A DNA stretch of 60,940 nucleotides from an uncultured Planctomycetia bacterium (GCA_964402785.1 CAYODQ010000006.1:1-60940), one strand, 5' to 3'. Positions 1 to 10,548 are shown, counted from the first letter of the stretch. Notes: generated by a model from the letters alone, not told the origin. Translations and numbers: made by a program.

Positions 1-128
1 TTATCCATAGCCGAGGGGGCAAGAAGAGCGAGGTGCCTCGCAGGGGCACCGGAGCGTGCCGGTAGAAGGTTGTCCCCTGTCGGCTTGTGCAAGCATCTCT
101 CATCTAAGGCCTTGGATTCTTGGTGAGT
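1..128 (-). repeat. Partial inverted copy of structured palindromic element A (cut by window start)
   Basis: Reverse complement aligns to 6863-6985 (CCAAGAATCC-GGCCTTAGATGAGA...CAAGCCG...ACGCTCCGG...CCTGCGA...CCTCGCT...CTATG). Confidence 0.85.
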
Positions 129-171
129 GAAAGGTTTTAAATGGGGGGAATATGTGATAAATTAATCCGTT

Positions 172-840
172 ATGAGTTCACTGTCTAAAAAATATGTGAT
201 GGCGCTTACGGGTGTCATGCTTTTTGGTTTTGTGTTGGCCCATTTACTTGGGAATCTGCAGATCTTTTTGGGGGCACAGTGGCTTAACGATTATGCTAAG
301 CATCTGGCAGAGCTACCTCTGGTGTTGTGGCCGGCTCGCGCTATTCTTCTGGCCGTTCTTATCGTCCATATGTTTTTAGCGATCCGTCTTTCGGTGGAAA
401 ATAAAAATGCTCGGCCTATTGCTTACGATCAATCAGCTACGGTTCGGGCGAGCTTCGCGTCACGCACCATGCTACTTTCGGGTTTTGCGATATTCTTCTT
501 CATTATTTTTCATTTGTTGCATTTTACCTTTGGGAAGACACATCCTCAATTTTATTCGCTTGTGACGTCGGACGGTCACCATGATGTTTATTCAATGGTG
601 ATCTTGAGTTTCCGTGATCCCTGGGTTGCCGTGAGCTATGTTTGCGCGGTCGCTTTTTTAGCGCTTCATCTTAGTCATGGGTTATCCAGTTTTTTGCAGA
701 GTCTGGGTTTATTGAATGAAAAAAATCTGCCGTGCGCCAGAAAAGCTGCAAAGATCGCAGCGCTTCTGATTTTTTTGGGCTACAGCTCGATGCCGATCTG
801 TTCGATCTTGGGCATTTTAAAGCCCACACAAGGACTGTGA
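172..840 (+). CDS. sdhC: Succinate dehydrogenase/fumarate reductase cytochrome b subunit
   Basis: Five hydrophobic segments with heme-ligand His motifs (AHLLGNL, VHM, FHLLHF, LHLSHG); directly upstream of the flavoprotein subunit. Confidence 0.92.
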   Translation: MSSLSKKYVMALTGVMLFGFVLAHLLGNLQIFLGAQWLNDYAKHLAELPLVLWPARAILLAVLIVHMFLAIRLSVENKNARPIAYDQSATVRASFASRTMLLSGFAIFFFIIFHLLHFTFGKTHPQFYSLVTSDGHHDVYSMVILSFRDPWVAVSYVCAVAFLALHLSHGLSSFLQSLGLLNEKNLPCARKAAKIAALLIFLGYSSMPICSILGILKPTQGL

Positions 841-841
841 T

Positions 842-2755
842 ATGACATTGGATTCCAAAATACCTGCAGGGCCCATATCAGAGAAGTGGGATAAGCGTAA
901 GTTTGAGCTCAAACTCGTAAACCCTGCTAATAAACGCAAATATCGCGTCATCGTCGTGGGTTCAGGTCTTGCCGGGGCCTCCGCTTCAGCATCTTTGGCT
1001 GAGCTGGGATACGAAGTGCAGTGTTTTTGTTTCCAGGATAGCCCTCGTCGTGCGCATAGCATCGCTGCGCAGGGTGGTATCAATGCCGCCAAAAATTATC
1101 AGAACGATGGCGACAGCGTGTACCGCCTTTTTTATGACACTATCAAGGGCGGCGATTTCCGTGCACGCGAAGCCAATGTGTATCGTTTGGCGCAGCTGAG
1201 CACACAGATCATTGATCAGTGCGCAGCACAGGGCGTGCCGTTTGCCCGTGAATACAGCGGGATGCTTTCAAATCGATCCTTTGGTGGCTCACTTGTTTCT
1301 AGGACTTTTTATGCTCGAGGCCAGACAGGCCAGCAGCTTCTACTTGGAGCTTATCAAGCTTTGTCCCGTCAGATCGGTATCGGCAAAGTGAAGATGTTTT
1401 CTCGCACCGAAATGTTGGATCTGGTTGTGGTTGATGGGCATGCCAAAGGGATCGTGACGAGAGATCTAGTTACCGGCAAGATCGAGTCTCATGTCGCGGA
1501 TGCCGTAGTTTTGGCCACGGGCGGATACTCCAATGTTTTTTATTTGTCCACCAATGCGGTCGGTTGCAATGTCACCGCGATCTATCGTGCTCACAAAAAA
1601 GGCGCCTTTCTTGCCAACCCTTGTTACACACAGATCCACCCGACCTGTATTCCTGTGAGCGGGGATTATCAATCAAAACTTACACTCATGTCAGAGTCGC
1701 TGCGTAATGATGGCCGTGTATGGGTTCCCAAGAAAAAAGGTGACAAGCGCGCACCGAGCGACATTCCCCAAGAAGAACGAGATTATTATCTGGAAAGAAA
1801 ATATCCTAGTTATGGCAATTTAGCTCCGCGCGATATTTCTTCCCGAAGCGCCAAGGAAGTTTGTGATGAGGGTCGGGGTGTGGGGGAATTCGGGCGCGGG
1901 GTTTATTTGGATTTTTCAGACGCTATCAAACGGTTGGGCGAGGATGTGATCCGTGAGCGGTATGGAAATCTTATCGATATGTATGAGCGCATCACGGGTG
2001 AGGATCCTTACAAAGTCCCGATGCGTATTTATCCTGCGCTTCATTACACGATGGGTGGTTTGTGGGTGGATTACAATTTAATGAGCAATTTGCCGGGACT
2101 ATTTGTTATCGGCGAGGCTAATTTCTCGGATCATGGCGCCAATCGCTTGGGAGCAAGTGCGCTCATGCAAGGATTGGCGGATGGTTATTTTGTGTTGCCG
2201 TATACGATAGGGGATTATTTATCGACTTCCGCAAAGAGCAGGCCTTCTCAGGATCACGCGGCTTTCAAACAATCTGTTTCCAGCGTCGCGGATCTGGCGA
2301 CAAAGCTTTTATCTATCAAAGGAAAGAGGACAGTGGATTCGTTTCACAAAGAACTTGGGCTTCTCTTGTGGGAAAATTGTGGTATGGCTCGCACGGATGC
2401 ATCGCTCAAAGCTGCTTTGGCGCGCATACCGAAGCTGCGAGAAGAGTATTGGAAGAATGTGAATGTCCTTGGCGGCGGGGAAGGCATGAATAAATCTTTG
2501 GAAAGAGCGGGTCGTGTGGCTGATTATCTGGAATTTGCGGAGCTTCTGTGTCAGGACGCGCTTCACCGGCAAGAATCTTGCGGCGGACACTTTCGCTCGG
2601 AGTATCAAACCGAAGAAGGTGAGGCCAAGCGCGACGATGCCAACTTTGCTTATGTCGCCGCCTGGGAATATCAAGGCACAGGCAAAGCGGCAGCGCTGCA
2701 CAAGGAGCCACTTTCATTTGAGAATATCAAGCTCGCCGAAAGGAGCTATAAATAA
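842..2755 (+). CDS. sdhA: Succinate dehydrogenase/fumarate reductase flavoprotein subunit
   Basis: FAD motif [44 protein letters not shown]. Confidence 0.96.
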   Translation: MTLDSKIPAGPISEKWDKRKFELKLVNPANKRKYRVIVVGSGLAGASASASLAELGYEVQCFCFQDSPRRAHSIAAQGGINAAKNYQNDGDSVYRLFYDTIKGGDFRAREANVYRLAQLSTQIIDQCAAQGVPFAREYSGMLSNRSFGGSLVSRTFYARGQTGQQLLLGAYQALSRQIGIGKVKMFSRTEMLDLVVVDGHAKGIVTRDLVTGKIESHVADAVVLATGGYSNVFYLSTNAVGCNVTAIYRAHKKGAFLANPCYTQIHPTCIPVSGDYQSKLTLMSESLRNDGRVWVPKKKGDKRAPSDIPQEERDYYLERKYPSYGNLAPRDISSRSAKEVCDEGRGVGEFGRGVYLDFSDAIKRLGEDVIRERYGNLIDMYERITGEDPYKVPMRIYPALHYTMGGLWVDYNLMSNLPGLFVIGEANFSDHGANRLGASALMQGLADGYFVLPYTIGDYLSTSAKSRPSQDHAAFKQSVSSVADLATKLLSIKGKRTVDSFHKELGLLLWENCGMARTDASLKAALARIPKLREEYWKNVNVLGGGEGMNKSLERAGRVADYLEFAELLCQDALHRQESCGGHFRSEYQTEEGEAKRDDANFAYVAAWEYQGTGKAAALHKEPLSFENIKLAERSYK

Positions 2756-3498
2756 TGAAGCTCAAGCTTAAAGTTTGGCGCCAAAAAAGCGCTCAGGATA
2801 AAGGCCGATTTGAATTTTATGATGCGGACAATGTGAATCCGGAGATGTCGTTTCTGGAGATGCTCGATACGGTGAACGAAGCTTTGGCGACGCAGGGCAA
2901 AGAGCCTATTTCCTTTGACAGCGATTGCCGCGAAGGCATTTGTGGGATGTGTTCTCTTGTTATCAACGGCACTCCGCACGGCCCCAACAAAGCGACGGCT
3001 ACCTGCCAATTGCATATGCGATTTTTTAAAGATGGCGAAACAGTTACCATTGAGCCTTGGCGTGCAAAAGCTTTTCCTTTGATCCAAGATCTCGTCGTAG
3101 ATCGATCTGCGTTCGATCGCGTGATCCAAGCGGGTGGGTTCGTGTCGGTCGGTACGGGAGGCGCTCCTGATGCCAACGCTTTACTTATCCCCAAGCCTGA
3201 TGCGGAGAAGGCCATGGATGCCGCTGCTTGTATAGGCTGCGGCGCTTGTGTAGCCGCCTGCAAAAATGCTTCTGCGATGCTTTTCGTGGCGGCTAAAGTA
3301 TCTCATCTATCTTATTTACCTCAGGGCCAAGTAGAGGCGTCTGAGCGCGTGTTGAATATGGTCTCTCAGATGGATAAAGAAGGTTTTGGAAATTGCACCA
3401 ATCAGTTCGAATGTCAGGCAGTGTGTCCAAAGGAGATCAGCGTATCTTTTATTGCCAATATGAACCGTGAGTATTTGAAAGCGAGGGTGACATCATGA
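2755..3498 (+). CDS. sdhB: Succinate dehydrogenase/fumarate reductase iron-sulfur subunit
   Basis: [20 protein letters not shown] and [12 protein letters not shown] Fe-S motifs; TAATG coupling to sdhA. Confidence 0.96.
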   Translation: MKLKLKVWRQKSAQDKGRFEFYDADNVNPEMSFLEMLDTVNEALATQGKEPISFDSDCREGICGMCSLVINGTPHGPNKATATCQLHMRFFKDGETVTIEPWRAKAFPLIQDLVVDRSAFDRVIQAGGFVSVGTGGAPDANALLIPKPDAEKAMDAAACIGCGACVAACKNASAMLFVAAKVSHLSYLPQGQVEASERVLNMVSQMDKEGFGNCTNQFECQAVCPKEISVSFIANMNREYLKARVTS

Positions 3499-3920
3499 GT
3501 GACGTTGTGAATGTACCGGCCAGAAAACCGGTCGTAGTGATCGTTGTTTCGATCCTTCAGTTTTTGTCCGCAGCTACGATGTTGCTGATATCTCTTTTTT
3601 GTGTCTTGGGGCTGATATTCGGTGCCAGCTGGAACCTGGACGAAGTGGCAGCCAAAATGATGACACAATATGGCAGTGACCCGAACATGTCTTTTGGTAT
3701 CACGGTATTTTTTGGCGTCATGTTGGTGATGTGCCTCATCATGTCGGTTTTATTTTTACTTTTGGGTCTGGGTTTGCTGAAGGGCAACAAAGCGGCCTGG
3801 TATATACAGATATCACTCAGTATTTTGGGGCTCCTGGCTTTCCCGGTGGGCACGATCATAAACGGCGTTATTCTCTTTTTCTTTTTTAAACGAGAAATAC
3901 GCGATTATTATAGGACTTAA
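3495..3920 (+). CDS. Hypothetical multi-pass membrane protein
   Basis: Three to four hydrophobic helices; ATGA overlap with the sdhB stop. Confidence 0.75.
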   Translation: MSDVVNVPARKPVVVIVVSILQFLSAATMLLISLFCVLGLIFGASWNLDEVAAKMMTQYGSDPNMSFGITVFFGVMLVMCLIMSVLFLLLGLGLLKGNKAAWYIQISLSILGLLAFPVGTIINGVILFFFFKREIRDYYRT

Positions 3921-3923
3921 TGT

Positions 3924-4772
3924 ATGGCATTGGTCAAAGCAAAGATTCGAGTGGGGCATAGTCCGGATCCGGATGATGCGTTTATGTTTTATGCGATCGC
4001 GCATGACAAGATCAAGACGGATGGTATGACCTTCTCTCATGTGATCGAGGATATTGAGACGCTGAATAAGCGAGCGATGAAGGCTGAGCTTGAGGTGACT
4101 GCTGTTTCTGCGTTCACTTTTTTTCAGATCTGCGACAAATACGCGCTTATGCCTTGCGGCGCTTCTATCGGCGAGAATTATGGGCCGGTGCTGGTCTCTA
4201 AAAAATCGATGTACGCCAAAGAATTGTCCGGGAAGACGATTGCTGTGCCGGGACTCAATACGACAGCTTACCTTCTGCTTAAGCTTTTTTTGCCCAAATT
4301 CACACCAGTCGTCATTCCTTTTGACAAGATCCTGGAGGAAGTGGATAAAGGTGAGGTGGCAGCAGGCCTTATCATTCACGAAGGCCAGCTGACTTACAGC
4401 AGCTTGGGATACAAAAAAGTGGCTGATCTAGGCGAGTGGTTCTTTGAGATGACCAAGCTTCCGATCCCTTTGGGCGTGGACGTCATCCGAAAAAATTTAG
4501 GCAAGGATGTGATGAGAAAAACAACGCGTATTCTCAGGGATAGCATCGTTTACGGTCTCAAAAACCGAGATGAGGCGCTCAAATACGCGATGAAATTCGG
4601 ACGCGGTATCGAGACGCCCACGGCGGATCAGTTCGTCGGTATGTACGTCAATGATTACACAGTGGATATGGGCAAGAAGGGTAAAGAAGGCCTTTTGACG
4701 TTGCAAAAAGCCGCTGTGAGCGCCGGGCTTGTTAAAAATAAAGCGGACATTGAATTTGTTTCAATGAAGTAG
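3924..4772 (+). CDS. mqnD: 1,4-dihydroxy-6-naphthoate synthase (futalosine menaquinone pathway)
   Basis: GHSPDPDDAFMF, DIETLN, GENYGP, IIHEGQLTY, DLGEW...LPIPLG and MYVN motifs. Confidence 0.88.
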   Translation: MALVKAKIRVGHSPDPDDAFMFYAIAHDKIKTDGMTFSHVIEDIETLNKRAMKAELEVTAVSAFTFFQICDKYALMPCGASIGENYGPVLVSKKSMYAKELSGKTIAVPGLNTTAYLLLKLFLPKFTPVVIPFDKILEEVDKGEVAAGLIIHEGQLTYSSLGYKKVADLGEWFFEMTKLPIPLGVDVIRKNLGKDVMRKTTRILRDSIVYGLKNRDEALKYAMKFGRGIETPTADQFVGMYVNDYTVDMGKKGKEGLLTLQKAAVSAGLVKNKADIEFVSMK

Positions 4773-4801
4773 ATTGCTTCGCCCTTCGGGCTCGCAATGA
4801 C
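4772..4801. repeat. Short REP-like palindrome GATTGCTTCGCCCTTCGGGCTCGCAATGAC
   Basis: ATTGC...GCCC-TTCG-GGC...GCAAT hairpin just after the mqnD stop; resembles the widespread GTCATTGCGAG...GAAGCAATC intergenic repeat type. Confidence 0.6.
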
Positions 4802-4821
4802 CAGAGGAGAAAAAGCTCTAC

Positions 4822-6609
4822 ATGGGTGTGCAGGCTACGTTCGTACAAAAGACGACTGAGTGGGTTCGTAAGCCCAAGTCTATTGAAGCCAACCTCAAAG
4901 ATTATTTTAAAACCTACAAATCTTTTCGCTGGGCGTCGGTCGAAAAAGAATTCGACTGGCACAAAACCAAAAAAGTAAATATCGTCCACGAGATGATAGA
5001 CCGACACGCAGCCGGTGTGCGTAAAAATAAAGTGGCGCTTTATTTTTGGGATCCCACACCGTCCGCTGAGCATCCCAAGGGCCGGGATGAAAAATACACC
5101 TTTCTTGACCTAAAGCGTGAGTCTTCAAAATTCGGAAATGTGTTGAAGAGGATCGGTTCTAAGAAAAAAGACCATATGGCCGTATTTTTGCCTCGCACCC
5201 CGGAGCTTTACATCGCGATCTTGGGCATGCACCGCATAGGCGCAGTACCCGTGCCGCTTTTTGAGGCGTTTATGGAGGCGGCCGTCGAGGATCGTATGGC
5301 CGATAGCGAGTCATCGGTGATGGTCACGAGTGCCGAGCTTTTAAAGCGCGTGCCGTTCGAGAAATTACCACATCTTAAAAAAGTGATCCTCGTGGGCGAG
5401 GCCGAGCCCAAAAATAGCTTGGCCGCCAACCATGTGCAAATTTATCATTATGAGGACGAGATGCGTCTAGCATCGGACCAACTCGAACCTGCCTGGCTCA
5501 CCAAAGACGATGGGCTCGTCATACACTACACATCGGGCTCCACCGGCAAATCCAAAGGCGCTTTACATCGCCAATATGCCATGGTGGGCCATTATCAAAC
5601 CGCCAAATGGTCTCTGGATCTGCGGGATGACGATGTGTATTGGTGTACAGCAGACCCTGGGTGGGTGACGGGAACGTCATATGGGATTTACGGACCATGG
5701 ACTTTGGGTGTTTCGAGTTTGGTGCTGGGCGGCCGATTTTCAGCTGAGCGTTGGTATCAGGCGATAGAGAAATATCAAGTGTCTGTTTGGTACAGTGCGC
5801 CGACGGCTTTTCGTATGTTGATGGCGCAAGGCATTGAGTTTACGAAGAAATTTAACTTTAAGAGTATACGGCACATCTGTTCGGTGGGTGAGCCGCTCAA
5901 CCCCGAAGCGCTTCGATGGATCAAAAAGATTACCGGACAAGCGCCGCATGAAACCTGGTGGATGACAGAAACCGGGATGCATATTATTTGTAACTTCAGA
6001 AGTTTGGATTTCAAAGTGGGTGCTACGGGACGGTCATTTCCGGGGACTTATGCATCCGTGATCGATGATAAGGGTAAAGAGCTTCCTCCCAATACCATGG
6101 GGCATCTGGCTGTGCGCGCAGGCTGGCCATCGATGATGAAAGAGATCTACAAAAACCCAGCAAAGTATCAAGAGTATTTTAGGATCAAAGGCTGGTATTT
6201 GAGCGGGGACAGCGCCTACAAAGACAAAGACGGTTTTATTTGGTTCGCCGGCCGTGCAGATGATGTCATCAAGACAGCTGGTGAGCGGGTAGGGCCCTTT
6301 GAGGTCGAAAGCGCTTTGGTTCAGCATCCGGCGGTGGCAGAGGCAGGTGTTATTGGTAAGCCCGATGAAGTGAGAGGGCAGATCGTAAAGGCATTTATCA
6401 GTCTTCGCAAAGGTTTTGAGCCATCCGATGTCCTAAAAAAAGAAGTTTCGGAATACGTAAAAAAGAATCTCGCCGCGCATGCAGCGCCGCGCGAAGTAGA
6501 GTTTGTAGAAAAAGTACCCAAAACCCGATCAGGCAAGATCATGCGACGAGTTCTTCGCGCATGGGATCAGGGTTTGCCAGTGGGCGATATTTCAACAATG
6601 GAGGAATAA
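4822..6609 (+). CDS. acsA: Acetate--CoA ligase (AMP-forming)
   Basis: YTSGSTGKSKG, WCTADPGWVTG, VGEPLNP, TWWMTETG, GRADDVIK, PKTRSGKIMRR. Confidence 0.92.
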   Translation: MGVQATFVQKTTEWVRKPKSIEANLKDYFKTYKSFRWASVEKEFDWHKTKKVNIVHEMIDRHAAGVRKNKVALYFWDPTPSAEHPKGRDEKYTFLDLKRESSKFGNVLKRIGSKKKDHMAVFLPRTPELYIAILGMHRIGAVPVPLFEAFMEAAVEDRMADSESSVMVTSAELLKRVPFEKLPHLKKVILVGEAEPKNSLAANHVQIYHYEDEMRLASDQLEPAWLTKDDGLVIHYTSGSTGKSKGALHRQYAMVGHYQTAKWSLDLRDDDVYWCTADPGWVTGTSYGIYGPWTLGVSSLVLGGRFSAERWYQAIEKYQVSVWYSAPTAFRMLMAQGIEFTKKFNFKSIRHICSVGEPLNPEALRWIKKITGQAPHETWWMTETGMHIICNFRSLDFKVGATGRSFPGTYASVIDDKGKELPPNTMGHLAVRAGWPSMMKEIYKNPAKYQEYFRIKGWYLSGDSAYKDKDGFIWFAGRADDVIKTAGERVGPFEVESALVQHPAVAEAGVIGKPDEVRGQIVKAFISLRKGFEPSDVLKKEVSEYVKKNLAAHAAPREVEFVEKVPKTRSGKIMRRVLRAWDQGLPVGDISTMEE

Positions 6610-6610
6610 A

Positions 6611-6862
6611 ATGTTCGGCGGTATTAAAAATATGGCAGCGCAAATGCAGATGATGCAGAAGCTCATGAAAGATGAGAATTTTAGGGCGTTTGTTTCTCAT
6701 CCCAAAGTCCAAGAATTATTTCGCGATCCCGAATTCAAAGATGTTGCGAAATCCAGGGATTTTTCTCAGATCATGACCAATCCAAAATTCGCTTCGCTTA
6801 TGAAGGATCCTGAGCTTTCGAATCTTCTTATGAAGATTAATCCGGCCCAATTCAAAATCTAA
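6611..6862 (+). CDS. Small helical STI1/DP-repeat-like protein
   Basis: GAGG RBS; repeated [DNH]P-x-[FLV] units (HPKVQELFRDPEFK, NPKFASLMKDPELS). Confidence 0.65.
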   Translation: MFGGIKNMAAQMQMMQKLMKDENFRAFVSHPKVQELFRDPEFKDVAKSRDFSQIMTNPKFASLMKDPELSNLLMKINPAQFKI

Positions 6863-7073
6863 CTCCCCAAGAATCCAGGCCTTAGATGAGATAAGCTCGC
6901 AAGCCGCCAAGGGATATCTCCCCTCGGATACGCTCCGGCCGCCCTGCGAGCGGCCTCGCTTCGCTCACCCCGTCGACTATGAAACAAATGACGTTCCATG
7001 CGTCTCCGGGGTTTCGGAGACTCCTCAGGGAGATATCCCTTGTCGGCTTGAGATGCTTTTCTTACGAAAGGCT
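6863..7073. repeat. Structured palindromic element A (~200-nt multi-branch hairpin)
   Basis: CAAGCCGCCAAGGGATATCTCCC (6900-6922) pairs with GGGAGATATCCCTTGTCGGCTTG (7028-7050); inner stem GGCCGC-CCTGCGA-GCGGCC; homologous copy at 1-128. Confidence 0.85.
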
Positions 7074-7327
7074 GTATCCATGACTCGTTTCCCCAAGTAT
7101 ATGAAAGTAATTCATCCTGGTGAAGACGAAGTCTTGCTTATGGCTCAAATGACGGAAAGCACCCTCGGAGGGACGTTAAATCGACGAGCGGCCAGGGTGT
7201 CTCCGCTATTTAAGAACAATTAGTTTCCTAATTATAGAAGGACGAGCGAGGAGATTTTCGAGCCCGATTTTTCTCGGCGGGGAAAATCGGGCGGTCCTGG
7301 AGAGGGTGCTTTCCGGCATTTGAGCCT
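7069..7327 (+). repeat. Structured palindromic element B with 5' flank, copy 1
   Basis: 25-bp terminal inverted repeat GGCTCAAATGACGGAAAGCACCCTC / GAGGGTGCTTTCCGGCATTTGAGCC; inner hairpin GCCCGATTTT...AAAATCGGGC; highly similar inverted copy at 60616-60872. Confidence 0.9.
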
Positions 7328-7416
7328 CAATCTATGTGAGCAAGATTTCATTTGCGCTTCATAATTTCGTAACAATGATTTGGCATCCTGTGGGCGTAAC
7401 TAAACAGGAGGATGTT

Positions 7417-7557
7417 ATGAAAATGATGCCCATATGCCCGGAGGGCCGGGACGAGATGTTGGATGAGTCAACGATAGAGCTTTTTCGTCAATACCTTAAA
7501 GAGGCTTTGACCAAGAATGCTCGCAAGGTCGCCACGCTCGCATGGTTTGATAATTAA
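7417..7557 (+). CDS. Small hypothetical protein, 46 aa (MKMMPICPEG...LAWFDN)
   Basis: Strong CAGGAGG RBS just upstream of ATG 7417, followed by an intrinsic terminator. Confidence 0.6.
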   Translation: MKMMPICPEGRDEMLDESTIELFRQYLKEALTKNARKVATLAWFDN

Positions 7558-7577
7558 GCTCAAACCCCGCTCTACCG

Positions 7578-7603
7578 GCCACCCCTAAAAAGGTGGCTTT
7601 TTT
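7578..7603 (+). terminator. Intrinsic terminator
   Basis: GCCACC-loop-GGTGGC followed by TTTTTT. Confidence 0.75.
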
Positions 7604-7627
7604 GTTGCCTATCCGCGTTGATTAGAC

Positions 7628-7656
7628 TTGATTTTTAGAGAGAAAAAACGTAGATT
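7628..7656 (+). promoter_or_regulatory. Candidate sigma70 promoter
   Basis: TTGATT-17 nt-TAGATT upstream of 7691. Confidence 0.45.
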
Positions 7657-7690
7657 GTTGTTAATAACCGCTTAAAGAAGATAAAGGGAG

Positions 7691-8857
7691 ATGTTGATGG
7701 TTCTTAGGAAGAGCTTGTTGCTTTTTCTGCTCACAATTTTCGTCGCGGCTCAGGCTTACGCTGACTCCGAGTTTTACGGAATTCAGATGCGTGATGAGCG
7801 CGTTGCCAAAAGCTTAGTTCTTGCCGAAGTTAGACTTACGCCCGAAGAGATCTCTCAGGGCAACCTGTTCAATAAAAACGTTTACGCCACGGCCTCTTTG
7901 AAAGAAGATGCGGATCAGAAAGCTAATTTCAGCGTTAATATCTTCAACAATTCAGACAAGGCTATATCGGCGGATTATCAATATCGTGATTTTTATTTGG
8001 TAGCGAAGGATGGACGCAAATATCCCTTGTACGATCCCGAAACACAATTTGATATCGATGAGATCCCTCCCAAGACTAATGTAACTTTTCAGCCTTCACT
8101 TGGAAATTTAGTGATCTCCAAAAAAAATATCAAAATGATCGTTTGTTCGTTTGATCTGGGGCGAACCACTCTGGTCTTGTTCTCATCATCCCGCAAAGCC
8201 ACGATTGAGGGTGTGGCGGTTCCTCCAATGCCCGCAGAGCCTCTTTTGGCCGAAACCAAAAGAAGCGGAAATTCCTTATCCAACTTATTCAAAGGTAAGC
8301 GAGCAAGATCGGGCGAGGTTGTTCCTGACGCCAAAAAAGCAGAACCGGCGAAAGGCGCTTTGCTTCAAACAGACGATCGGACGCTCTTGAATGCAGAGAC
8401 CCAGCAGTCATTTGCGTGGCCAAAAGACAACCCCACAGCCAACACGCAGGCTGCGGTTCAGCCAGCGCCCACTGATAATCGCGTGGCTTCCGCGATCAAA
8501 AATTTTGTTTATGTGCCAGCCTCCGGCCTAGAAAACGCAGTGACCAGTGTTTTTCATCCGCCCGCGGGTAAGGTCGAGTCTACTGCGCCATCTACGGGTC
8601 AAACGTTTGTACATTCGGGTGCACCCCGAGCAGACGCCCAAGTCCTTCAGTACAACCCAGCCTACAAGTTCATTACCCTGAATGCTGGAACAAAAGATGG
8701 GCTCAAAAAGAATATGCTGATCTATATTTTAAGAGACGGTCGCACCGTAGCGCAGGCACGAGTTAAGCAGATACGAGAGGCGGTGGCTGCTGCTAGTGTC
8801 ATACCGGATTCGGTTATTTCCGAAGTGCGTACCGGTGACAAAATCAGTCTTGCCTGA
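7691..8857 (+). CDS. Exported hypothetical protein with C-terminal beta-barrel (FlgT-C-like), paralog 1
   Basis: Signal peptide ending AQAYA; C-terminal FITLNAGTKDGLKKNM...V.TGDK pattern; paralogous to the next ORF. Confidence 0.75.
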   Translation: MLMVLRKSLLLFLLTIFVAAQAYADSEFYGIQMRDERVAKSLVLAEVRLTPEEISQGNLFNKNVYATASLKEDADQKANFSVNIFNNSDKAISADYQYRDFYLVAKDGRKYPLYDPETQFDIDEIPPKTNVTFQPSLGNLVISKKNIKMIVCSFDLGRTTLVLFSSSRKATIEGVAVPPMPAEPLLAETKRSGNSLSNLFKGKRARSGEVVPDAKKAEPAKGALLQTDDRTLLNAETQQSFAWPKDNPTANTQAAVQPAPTDNRVASAIKNFVYVPASGLENAVTSVFHPPAGKVESTAPSTGQTFVHSGAPRADAQVLQYNPAYKFITLNAGTKDGLKKNMLIYILRDGRTVAQARVKQIREAVAAASVIPDSVISEVRTGDKISLA

Positions 8858-10304
8858 TCTTGTGCGAACTATTCGGATCAGCGCCCTCATTCTGTTTGGC
8901 TTAGCCCTGGCATCAACTCGTGCATTTGCGACTGCGGATTTTTATGGTGTGCAGATGAAAAGCGAGGATTTTGCGAGAGACATCGCCGTCCGTGAGAATA
9001 ATCTCATTCCCGATTTTACCAATGACCGCCCTGGTACCAATAAGCAGATCTACGCGCAGGCCTACACGTCGAGCATGATCGGGGCCGGGCGCGGTGTGAG
9101 TGTGCATGTTTTTAATCATTCTGATCACCCGCTTGCCACCGAGAAGCTTTACCGCGAGCTTACATTGGTCACAAGGGAGGGCGAGCGTTATGATCGCAGC
9201 GAGTCCGAGATGATGTTGACGCGCGATCAGATCGAGCCCGGCAAAGACGCGACGTTCAATTTTACTTTCCCGGGTATTCGCGTTCCGCGCGATGAGGTGG
9301 CGATGATCATTTGTTCATTTGGATTGGGCGAGACAAAAATATTTCTATTTCCGATGCCTCGCGAAGAAGAGGTGATGACTCCTGTCCAAAAAGATAATCA
9401 ACCTTCATTTAAGGATGTTTTGACCGGTTGGAATTTCTTAAAAGGCAAGCCTAGGGTTCAACAAGAAGCGAAGCAAAATTTTTCAAAGGGTCCTGTCTCA
9501 GCAAAGCCGGAATTTAAAACAGAAAAGAAGATCGTCAAAAAAACCATCAAGAAGAAGGTTCGCAAGCCGATCTATGACACTGCGCCTGTTGTTTCGGATG
9601 AGACCAAGCCCTATGATGCCGAGCATCCCATCACGGTTGCTTGTCAGACGCCTATTAAGGTCGTGCAAAATTTTTTCAGGGGGGTGGGTCGTAAAGCTCC
9701 ATTTCAAGGCAAAAAGATCCTTCGGTATGAGGATGTTGAAGTGGAGGAAGTCGTGGATGAGGTGGTTTATGAGAAAGTCGAGATCCCATCCAAAGCCAAG
9801 CACGTGTCATCCACGGAGGATCGCACACAGTTTTCTGTCACAAAAGAACAGATGGACAAAGAGCTGCCCAAAGTTTATCCTTTGGTGAAATCCGAGCAGG
9901 TCGTCGAAGGCGTTAGCTACAATTTTGGGCCCGACGCAAAGAGGGTGGTGAGGGATGCCGAAGCCGAGACGAGACGTATCGTTGCAACCGAGAGGCCTTG
10001 GACGCTTGAGGCTCCGCCCGCAAGGTGGGAGCGTAAGCAGCGAGTAGATCTGCGCAAGGATTTTCAGCCTAGGGCTCGTGCGGAAGTGGTGGTGTATGAT
10101 GCCGCGCATAATTTTATTATTTTCAATGCAGGGCTGGAAGACGGTTTTAGTAAGGACATGCTGGTAGATGTGTTGCGTGGTGGCAAAATGATCGCCAAAG
10201 CAATGATCGTTAAGCCTCGAGATCATATTTGCGGCGCTCTGCTTCTACCCGAATGGCGTACAGCTGAGACCGTCAAGGTGGGTGATTTGGTTGGTATCAA
10301 CTGA
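8850..10304 (+). CDS. Exported hypothetical protein, paralog 2 (start uncertain: TTG 8850 or GTG 8862)
   Basis: Signal peptide ending RAFA; shares FYG[IV]QM, [IV]FN.SD, MI.CSF.LG and C-terminal FI..NAG..DG motifs with 7691-8857. Confidence 0.75.
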   Translation: MPDLVRTIRISALILFGLALASTRAFATADFYGVQMKSEDFARDIAVRENNLIPDFTNDRPGTNKQIYAQAYTSSMIGAGRGVSVHVFNHSDHPLATEKLYRELTLVTREGERYDRSESEMMLTRDQIEPGKDATFNFTFPGIRVPRDEVAMIICSFGLGETKIFLFPMPREEEVMTPVQKDNQPSFKDVLTGWNFLKGKPRVQQEAKQNFSKGPVSAKPEFKTEKKIVKKTIKKKVRKPIYDTAPVVSDETKPYDAEHPITVACQTPIKVVQNFFRGVGRKAPFQGKKILRYEDVEVEEVVDEVVYEKVEIPSKAKHVSSTEDRTQFSVTKEQMDKELPKVYPLVKSEQVVEGVSYNFGPDAKRVVRDAEAETRRIVATERPWTLEAPPARWERKQRVDLRKDFQPRARAEVVVYDAAHNFIIFNAGLEDGFSKDMLVDVLRGGKMIAKAMIVKPRDHICGALLLPEWRTAETVKVGDLVGIN

Positions 10305-10305
10305 T

Positions 10306-10542
10306 ATGATCAAGTTTTTTTTCTTTTTGTTATTGATGTTTTGTTTGACCGCTTTTGTATTTTTAAAAAGCGGAGCTTTGCAGTTTGAAAAAAGGACTTT
10401 TGGGCAGACGGAGCTCGCTGAGCGCGTTAAGATGGTCCCGGTTTTTTACGGATATCGCCTGCAGGCTTATCTGGGACAACAGCTTGAAGCTGTCCAAGAG
10501 TGGGTTCGTTACACATCACAAGCAATACGAAAGCCTGCTTAA
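10306..10542 (+). CDS. Small hypothetical membrane-anchored protein
   Basis: ATG 2 nt after the upstream stop; N-terminal hydrophobic helix; fills the gap to the next RBS. Confidence 0.55.
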   Translation: MIKFFFFLLLMFCLTAFVFLKSGALQFEKRTFGQTELAERVKMVPVFYGYRLQAYLGQQLEAVQEWVRYTSQAIRKPA

Positions 10543-10548
10543 GGAGGA

